Part shown: one piece after another, positions 35,983-44,990 of the stretch | Layout: every line of letters begins with the position of its first letter | Numbering within the stretch: position 1 is the stretch's first letter | Origin: Folioceros fuciformis | Lineage: Eukaryota | NCBI GenBank assembly: GCA_049999805.1 | Contig: JBNGIO010006220.1 | Coordinates: 172,975-217,964 of the forward strand | Reading direction: 5' to 3' | DNA length: 44,990 nucleotides | Notes under the pieces: model-generated | What the model saw: the letters and a program-made list of their open reading frames with translations, nothing else | Told to the model about the DNA's origin: nothing | Databases searched by the model: none | Position numbers and translations under genes: made by a program

Positions 35983-36940
35983 TTGACGGTGTCGGCACGT
36001 CCGCAGTCCCCATCCCCTTGCCCCACTCTCCCTATCGGCGGGTGCATCCACCACGACTGCCATAGCTGTAGGCATTGCTACACTGCCATCATTGCCTGCA
36101 AACACCTCCACCTCAAGCTTTGCATGGATGGGACCTGCCACCCCGCCTTCTCCATTCTTCTCGTCTATGATGACATCCTCCTCATTGTTATCTAGGTTGA
36201 TTGGGTTCTGCAGGGTGCCTTGCACACCGTGGACGACACCAACAAGCTGGTCCACTGCTGCTCGCAGGTTCGTGTCCCATGTAAGGCCTCCAACATCTCT
36301 ATCCTGCATCTCCACTTGCCCCCTAGGGATCAAGCCATCCTCGACGCCCCTGCTACCTGTAGCCTCATTGCCACCCCCGCTACTGACAGTCTCACTCCTG
36401 ATCCTTGAAGATGCAGCCTTCGTTGACCCTCTTATAGATGCAAGCACCGTCGCCATTCCTGTACACATTGTGACCACCATCGCTATATGCCCGTGCTAGC
36501 ATTTCAAACTACCTAAATGAGTATTTTCACATGCAAACCTTTCGATCTAGATTTGCTTGCTTTTAACTTATGCAAATTCTAAACTATTTGCTTCTAATGA
36601 AGAGCACTTAGATTGACGAGACACAAATCTAGAGCCCTTGCAACCCATCATGTTCTCGAGAACCTACTTCTTTATACAGAAAATGATCACAAACACTTAA
36701 GACTCACATCTTGGATTATTGGAATCCTCAATGATCTTTTCAAGTGATTTTTCTCATCCTTTTTTTTCTTTATAAGACGTATATCTAGGACCACTGGAGT
36801 CCCTCCTACTCTTAAGAAAAACACAAATCTAATTTAATATGCTATTTCCTTTTCTCTCTACTACTAGAAATAAGGAAGAAATAGCTAGCAAGTCCATGGA
36901 GGATCATTGCTCTCATACCAAGTTAGAGATGCCATGCGGA

Positions 36941-36976
36941 AGCCATTGCCTAGAACGTAGCCATTGCCTAGAACGT
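36941..36976. repeat. 18-bp tandem duplication AGCCATTGCCTAGAACGT x2
   Basis: Directly visible. Confidence 0.9.
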
Positions 36977-37141
36977 GCTTTCTAGCAACTATATTAAGAG
37001 TTATATTAAAGGGTTCATAGGTAGGCCTTTTATAGTGGTTTTACAAAGGGGTGTGTCCTTTCAACTAGCCTGTTACTTAACTAACTACCATTTATAACTA
37101 GGTCTAGTTAGACTAACCAAAGTGACATAGAATCACGTGGT

Positions 37142-38330
37142 CTACCTTATTTCCAACTCGTGTTTCCATTTCTTCCCTCCCCTGGTGCATGCTACCATTG
37201 CCCCTCCAACGACTATGGCGGCCACCGACCCTCCTCCGGCAACAGCGGCCACTATCCCTCCTGGAAGTTCGCTCTCCACTGCCCCTCCCCCGGCAGCAAC
37301 GGTCGTTGTCCCTCTTGTTGGTTCGGCCTCCACCAGCCATCCTCCAACACCATCAGCTGCTGCCCCTCTTATTGGTTCCACCTCCACCGGCCATCCTCCA
37401 GCAGCAGCAGCAGCAGCCGCTGCCCCTCCTCTTCTTCCAACCTCTAGCACCCATCCTCTAGCTGCAGCGGCCACTGCCTCCACAGCGGTCTCCCCACTAT
37501 CCGCAGCAACACCTATCCCTCCTGCTATGTTAGCCTCCATTGGCCATCCTTTGGCTACAGCGGCCACTGCCTCCACATAGGCCTCCCCACTATCCGCGGC
37601 AACATCTATCCCTTTTGCTGTGCTAGCCTCCACCAGCCATCCTGTCACCGCCCCGGCCTCTCCAACGATGGACAAGGCAGCCTCTGTAGCTGCTGCTGTA
37701 GCAATGGGCGATCCCGCGGCAATGGCAGCCTCCCCAGTTGCTGGGGCAACCTGCACCTCTCCTGCGGCTGCGGCGTCTACCCTTCCGCTCGCTTTTGCAA
37801 CGTGTTGTGCCTCTCCCACCCCTGCGTCCACACCCAACCCTTGTCTGGATGATGGCGGCCCCCCTACATGATGGCTGATCCCCTTTTCCCTGCTATGCGC
37901 ATGCCTTCCACGTCCACTCCAATGGCTGCGGCCTCCTGCAACCCTTCTGTTATCATGCCCACTACCACCCCGTTGGCGGGCCTGTCATCCATGCCATGTC
38001 CTCTGCCCGAGCACCCTCGCCCATCCTCCTCAGCCCCCTGCACGCTCATTGCTACTCCCTCCCCCGATGCCCACCTCCACTTCCTTACTTGATGCTGCCC
38101 CCACTCGACCCCATTTGACGCTGACCTCATCCTCACCCCTCCGACCTATGTTTCTAGTGCCTTGTACACTCCTTCCTTTGCCTACAGTAGTAGGGCTACG
38201 TCCACCCTCACCCTCCTCCCAGTTCAAGCTCACCAATACCACAACACCAGGATCTTCCTCATCCCACTGCGATGGGCTCCATCCTTCATCTTCATCTTCC
38301 ACGTATTGAAGTCGTGGTCGCAATGGTGGT
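37142..38330. pseudogene. Decayed low-complexity, internally repeated ORF region of probable TE origin; strand uncertain
   Basis: Minus frame is open from 38136 to 37142 with a single TAG and recurrent GW[LPV]xE motifs. Plus frame is P/S/T/A-rich with one TAG. A ~90-nt degenerate duplication lies at ~37450-37640. Confidence 0.4.
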
Positions 38331-38391
38331 GTGGGTGTGTAGGCAGTATGCGGACTTGACAGCAACTGTGTAGTCATGTCACAACCTCCTT

Positions 38392-38937
38392 GTGATGGAT
38401 GGGTGGGCTTGTGTGGCAGAGGATAGAGCATTTCTGGCGGTCGTTGAAGGAGAAGTGGGGGTTCTTATACAAGGGGTACATGTTGGATTTGCTGTCGACC
38501 ATGGAGCTGGACACGATGAACCCATGGCATGTGCACTCGCTGCATGCAGCTTCATGGCAACCATGAAGAAGGAGCTTGCAACGTTCATCCGCGTGTGGAA
38601 TCTGCACAAGGTAAGGAAGATGGTTTCTGCAGACAAGGACATACCAAGTCACGTGCTTGCGGAGGCATTCCAAGAGGCAGAGGATGGCGACGGTGATGAG
38701 TACATGATACACGGCCCGCAGTTTGCTCGCAACAATGCCCCGGAGGAGCCACAGTTGCGCAACATTACATTCTTGACGAGGGTGAGGTGTCCGCATTGTG
38801 TGATGGTGAGGGAAAAGCAGCTGATGACCTTGATGGGTAACCTGGTGGGTGTGTGGCTGCCGGAGCTGGAAGACGCACGAGACAAGGCCTATCGTGCAGG
38901 CCTAGAGTGTGTGGACTATTTGCCGAATGCATACTAG
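38392..38937 (+). pseudogene. Possible DDE transposase/integrase C-terminal remnant (IS3EU-like)
   Basis: CSFMATMKKELATFIRVWNLHKVRK...IPSHV resembles the F...(I/L)..EL..F...WN.H.IR...P motif after the catalytic core of IS3EU-type proteins. Recognised from memory only. Confidence 0.4.
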
Positions 38938-39158
38938 CTGCATCGGACAGTGACTGCAGTGTGCCTATACTGTAGGCGCAGGGGCATGCTCCTCCAGGAC
39001 ATGTTGTGGACATGGGTGGAGGATGACTGCACAATTTTAACATGGTGAGCGATAAATCTACTGCGGGAATTGTTTGTGGAGGAGGGGGAAGCAAGCACAA
39101 TCTGTTTGTGGAGGAGGGGGGAGCACATGCATAAACTGCGCTAACTATTTGTGGAGGA

Positions 39159-42100
39159 TATAGAAAATATGAGCTATTTAAGTAGTCATTACATAGGCAA
39201 TAAGAAATTTGATTAACGAACCGTCACATAAAACGACGTGACCCAAATGTAAGGGGCGCGACTAAACGTCGTGCGCTAAAAACCAACCTTTGTCCCCATG
39301 ACGGGACGCGGCCAACCGCCACCTCCTTCTTTAAAAGGAGCGTGCGCTCAATAACATCATTTTTGCGTTCAATCTCTTCTAAGCATTTGATCCTAGCCTA
39401 ATCTATATGGTATCCAAGCCATGCTCCGATCACTGCCTAGTCTGTGACAGCAAGAATTGCATTTCATTGCTGCCGCATGAGCATTTTCGCATTCTCAAAA
39501 ATTCCTTGAGAAAGGCACTGATCAGTTTTTGGGGAATGGCAGACACCTTCCTGGCAAAGGCTGTTTTTCATTACTATTCTTGATAGACGCCATGCCGAGA
39601 GGTAGAGGTAGGAGGCCAAATCTATTTGCTGATCCATTCGCTGGTTACCCATATCCAGGTCATTCAATCCAAAAATAGCACAAGAATCTCAATCATATCT
39701 TCTCACACACTGTAAAACCTGTCTTCACAAATCAGCACAACACTGGGCATAGTCAGTTACAACGGCCCAAGCCAAATTTCCTAGCGCATCTAAGAAGGCA
39801 AGTTAGAGAAGAGGTAAATAAGGCACAACAAATTTCTGTCCTTAGATCACAGGTTTTAACCAAGAATAAATCGATTCTTTGCAGTGAATGTACTGACCAT
39901 CTTAGTTCTTTTCCCTCTCCCACTGGTCAGTTGCTTGTAGAAACCTTCGGCCTCATAAAAACAGTAGGTTGTCAAACACATATAAAAATTACAGACCTTT
40001 CTAACAAAGTCATAGCCTTAGACATCAAATTAGATTTACTTGTCTAGACGCTGGAGTCTTTTCTTGAATGTACCTCTAGCCAAGGGCAGAGGTGATGGCT
40101 GCAAGGTGACCACACGAGGGTGTGCTAATGTCCGGCAGAGGTCGTGGGTCTCGTAACCAACCAGGCCGTGGCAGAGGAAGTGGTCGAGCAGGAGGCACAG
40201 GGTGAGGGAGAGGCTCTCCAGAGGAGGGACCAAACCCTGATGTACCTGTACCTGTTGACCCTCTCTTCCTGTTTCAGGAACCTGTTGTTGAGGAAACAGG
40301 TCAGACAAGTGGACCTGGTATTCCCCAAGCCTTGATAAATGCTCACCTACACTTAGCACAACTACATCAAGCCGCCAGACATCAACAAGCAGCCACTAGG
40401 GCTGCACAACTTGCCCAAGCTACCCGAGCTGTGTTAGCGGCACAAGTTGTGCACAACATGGCACAAGGCCAAGCAGTTGGTACAATAAATCACAATACCA
40501 CAGTACACAATCTAAAAATTGAGTTTAAGGAAAAGGATGGGTTCTCAGGTACCTAGTTCGACATCTGGGCTCTCCGAGTCAAAACCATCCTTAGAGAGCA
40601 TGACCTGTGGGAGGTTGTAACTGGTGCACAGCCAAAACCTGCAACTGCTGCAACTCAAGCAGAAAAAGACGCTTGGAACAAAAAGGATTTGCGAGCCCTT
40701 GGTGTGATCCAAGCTGCACTAGATGGGTCAATGATGGATTACACCTGAGATGCAGCTACAACCAAGGACGTCTAGGATGCATTAACCCAAGCTTACCAGG
40801 TAGTAAATGGTACTTTAATGGTGACTGCTACTCGATCCTTCTACACCTGCAAAATGAAGGAATCAGACACCATTGAGGCTCATGTCAGCAAATTCCGGAC
40901 ACTCAGATCCGAATTGACATCCAGCGGAACAACAACATCAAAAATGCAAGCTGCAATCGCCTTACTTCTTTCCCTGCCTGAAAGTTACAAGACTTTTGTG
41001 AGCAGCTACAGTTCAACGCTTCGAACAGTACAAAATTCAACTCCTGCAGGCCAGACCCCAGCTGTGACGCTATCTGACCTGGTTGGTGCCCTTCTCGAGG
41101 AAGAGGCAACAAGGAATGCAATTTGAGGTGGCACCTCCCATAGAGGAGAGGCCTCAAACAGGGTTCTCTACACGCAAAGAGGCCCTAGAAGGCCACCACC
41201 TCGGCAACCTTGGACTAACACCAACAGTTCTATAACTAAGAAGCGTCCAGGGGCTTCTCCTTCTAAAAAGAAGGGCCCTTCCAACTAGTGTTTAATACCA
41301 GGTCATTTTGAATCCGAATGTCGGAAAAAGAAGGCAAATGAGCCTCGTTGGGTTGCACCTGCAGCAGAAAACAACCTGGTGTAGAGAAAGAACACCATAC
41401 TTGCAGTATTTATGGTTGCTATAGCACAAGTCAATGATGTGTGGTACCTGGATTCATGTGCGTCAGCACATATTTGCCACAATCCGCAATCTTTTCTGCA
41501 CTATACAAAAAATGCCACCTGGGCAGGAGGTTCTCTTAGGGGATGATAGAGGCCTTACAATAGCTGGAGTGGGCACAGTGCCCATGTTACTAGCAAACAA
41601 GAGCACCATTAACCTAATGGATGTCTTTCACGTACCTGCAATGGTCAAAAATTTAGTGTTAGTTAGTAAATTCCAGAAACAGCATGGCCTAGCCATAACA
41701 TTCATAGACCTGACTGTCTCATCACTGACCCTCAATACAAGTCTAAGACACTAGCTACAAGCAAGCCCATAAATGACCTGTATGCTTTAGATTTTACCTC
41801 CAAGTTCGGGCTGCCACCACCAACTATACAAGTAAGTCAAGCAGCCTTGAGGGATCAGTAGTCGATGCTATGGCACTATAGACTAGGGCATGCTAACTTT
41901 GACAAGATCAAAGCTATGGTGGCAGATAACACACTTTATCGTGAAAAATTCTTGCTCAAGTCTGTTGAAAAACAATTCTGTGAGGCATGTGCTTTTGCAA
42001 AGCATCAGCGGCTACCATTCTCCGACTCTAACCCAACCAAGGCTACCAAGCTGTTCAAGGTGGTGCACTCTGACTTATGTGGCCCCATGTTCACTACATC

Positions 42101-44564
42101 TCTTGGAGGAACCAAATATATATTATCCTTCGTGGACGATTGGAGTCGAAACACCATCACCTACTTCATCAAAAACAAGAGTCAAACACTAGGCTGCTTC
42201 CAGGAGTACGTGACTTTTGCACAAAGGTAGACATGAGAATTGGTGAAAACCTTATGGAGTGATGGTGGAGGCAAGTATTGCTCAGAAGAGTTCGACAGCT
42301 ATTGTCGTTCACTTAGCATTGCTTGCCAAATAACTGTCCCTTATACCTCAGCACAAAACCCGCTGGTGGAACTTAACAACAAGCATCTGCATCAAGCTGC
42401 GAAATCCTTGCTCAAGGTATCTGGCTTGTCCAGAGGATATTGGGCAGAAGCTGTTGCAACTGCAAATTATATAAAAATGCGCCTTCCAACAAAGGCCTTC
42501 GCTGGTGCTACTCCATATGAAAGGTGGACATCACATAAGCCACGTATTAATCACCTCAAAGTCTTCGGCACTCCAGCCTATGCTCACTTGGTAGAGGACC
42601 AACGAGTCAAGCTGGATTATAAAGCCCGAAAATATGTGTTCGTTGGCTATACTGAAGGTATCAAGGGGTACAAACTCTATGATCCTGATACTCGCACCAC
42701 TACGCATGCTAGAAGTGTGCTCTTTAATGAACTTGCATTGCTTGAACCACCACAACTGGCCCCACTGAGCACACAAGCGTCTGGCAGTCATTCAGATGAC
42801 ATAGATACATATGAACAGTCACCTGAACAGGAAGCAACTCCTTAGATAGCTGTACCACCTGGACAGTCATCCAGTCCACATGCTGCAGCCTCCATTCCAG
42901 CCATAGGACAACCGGGCTCACAAGACACACATGTTGAGGAACTTAGCTACTTCCCTGATGATGATGTGCCAAGTCAAGTCCCTAATGTCCAAAATATGGA
43001 AAACAATGATGCTGGTGACCCTGAACACACAAGTAGTGACAGTGGTTTAGCACAAGTGGAAGACAATACGATGCCCTATACAGAGGTATATGTACCTGAA
43101 GAACCTGTAAGAAGAAGTGCAAGGAGGCATACAGCGTCACCTGATGAGTTGCAGACACCTCCCCTGACATATAGTTCATTTTTGGTAGAGGACCAAGGAG
43201 AAGCAGTGGACTTAGGAGAACCATAGTCTTACAAGGAGGCAGTTAACTCACATGAAGCTACAAAATGGCAAACAGCCATTCAGTCAGAATATTAGTCCTT
43301 AATAGACAACAAAACTTGGGAACTAGTAGACTTACCTGTGGGCCGCAAGGCAGTAACATGCAAATGGGTGTTTAAAAAGAAGTTAGCCCAAGATGACTCA
43401 ATTGCTAGGTATAAGGCACGCCTTGTTGCTTGGGGATATAGTCAGGTAGAAGGCCTGGACTACAACGAGACCTTCTCTCCTGTATTCAGAGCCACTTCTG
43501 TTAGAACCCTACTGGCCATAGCTGCACAACATGACTATAAAATGCATCACATGGATGTGAAGACAACATTTTTAAATGGTACCTTAGAAGAAACCATCTT
43601 CATGCGGCAGCCCGAGGGGTTCGAAGATACAAAATATCCGAACAAGGTGTGTAGACTCATAAAGACTACATATGGCTTGAAGCAGTCACCAAGGGCCTGG
43701 TACAATCGTATTGACCAATACCTCAAGGACTTTGGATTCCTACAAAGTGACTTTGACAGCAATGTCTATAAACTATACGACTTAAATGGGGTTGTATACG
43801 TGGCACTATATGTTGATGATGTAGTCATCATCACCAGTAACTCTGCACTCATGGAAAAGGTCAAAAATATCTTGACATCTGAGTTTAGTATGACTGACAT
43901 AGGTCAACTAACATATTTCCTAAGTGTACAAATCGTCCAGAACCTAGCACAACATACAGTCTTTATCCATCAAACGCAATTTATTAAGCGAGTCCTAAGT
44001 AAGTTCAGGATGCAAGACTGTAAGCCTGCAACAACCCCTCTAGCTGTAGGTGATAAACTAACACTGGACCAGTGTCCTAAGTCAGAAGAAGAGAGGCAAA
44101 AGATGGAGTTAGTTCCATACAAATCTGCAGTCTGCACACTCATCTACTACAGAAACTGGACTAGGCTAGAGCTGTCCCATGCAGTAGGAGCCACTGCACA
44201 ATTCCTGACAAATTATGGAAGCCCCCACTGGGCAGCCGTCTAGAGAATAATGGGATATTTAAAAGGAACACCAACACTTGGTCTCTTATACACGAAGCGG
44301 CCAGAGAGGCTGCTACTTACATGTTTCTCTTACGCCGATTGGGCTGCAGATAGTGACACCAGGAAGTCGATATACGCCAACTGCCTACTTATGGGAAAGG
44401 ATGAGTACAACTCGACTATCATATCCTGGTACAGCAAAAAGCAACATATCGTTGCCCTCTCCTCTACCGAGGCAGAGTATGCTGCAACAGCTACAGCAGC
44501 ACAAGACGTGGTGTACACAAGATCGCTCTTGTCCTCCTTGGGAGAAGACCTAATGGATTAGTTA
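39159..44564 (+). mobile_element. Decayed Ty1/Copia retrotransposon (element 2), interrupted in RNase H; 3' LTR outside the window
   Basis: Putative 5' LTR at 39159-39407 (TATAGA...TCTATA) and PBS variant TGGTATCCAAGCC. Gag starts at ATG 40128, followed by PR (WYLDSCASAH), LWHYRLGH, VHSDLCGPM, RT (YVDD) and RH (YADWAAD, VALSSTEAEY). Gag is related to element 1 (LKI(D/E)FK(D/E)KD.F). Confidence 0.93.
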
Positions 44565-44990
44565 TGATAGCATCATGAGATTAGGTCAAAATATAACTAG
44601 ATATTAAGTAGTGTGTACAATAGCCCAAGAGACTTACCTCTTCATTAGGGTCACATCTATTCATATAGTCACACCCGTTCGTTTAAAGTTAAGTTAGACT
44701 TAGGTTTGATTTATTGTATAAGCAAGTTTCTTGTTCTTGATCTACAATGTAATTATCAATATAATTGATTTGTATTAGCCCATATAAAATGTCATGGTAT
44801 CAGAGCGTCTCTGATGCAAATTGCATTCAAAAGAATGCACATTTAATAGTGCATAAATTTCTAGTACATTTATATTATAACATATTTTGAAATTATGTTA
44901 GATTGAAGACTATATATATGATCTTGTATGATGATATGTGCAACATAACTGAGATTGTCTTTTATCTTGTTGCTTTGAAGTATTGCCTTA
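44565..44990 (+). mobile_element. 5' end of a third LTR retrotransposon nested in element 2's RNase H
   Basis: RNase H homology ends abruptly at ~44564. An AT-rich ~230-bp segment TGATA...TGTCA (44565-44794) is followed directly by PBS TGGTATCAGAGC at 44795. Confidence 0.8.

Overview
Eukaryotic land-plant nuclear DNA. It is gene-dense and GC-rich with short (~70-130 nt) introns and a dynein Roadblock/LC7 gene. This points to a flagellated-sperm lineage, most consistent with a hornwort-like bryophyte (inference only). The first ~27.6 kb is a gene block: the 5' end of a probable plastid-targeted gene, SAM synthetase, a TPX2-domain MDP60-like microtubule protein with a 10x57-nt coding repeat, Roadblock/LC7, kinetochore SPC24, thylakoid-lumen MPH2/TL16 head-to-head with organellar PheRS, a class III peroxidase and a ~32-exon FGAM synthase (PurL/PUR4). 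The rest is a TE cluster: a complete decayed Copia with a TTGAC TSD and non-canonical TA..AA LTRs, a related Copia with a TATAGA..TCTATA LTR, a third LTR element nested in its RNase H, and older decayed ORFs, one with an IS3EU-like transposase motif. The most unusual observation is the SPC24 gene. It reads through as a full-length protein if intron 2 is an AT-AC intron with U2-type signals (ATAAGT..TTTTGCAC), and it also carries a U12-type GT-AG intron. All gene models were hand-spliced and need RNA-seq confirmation.
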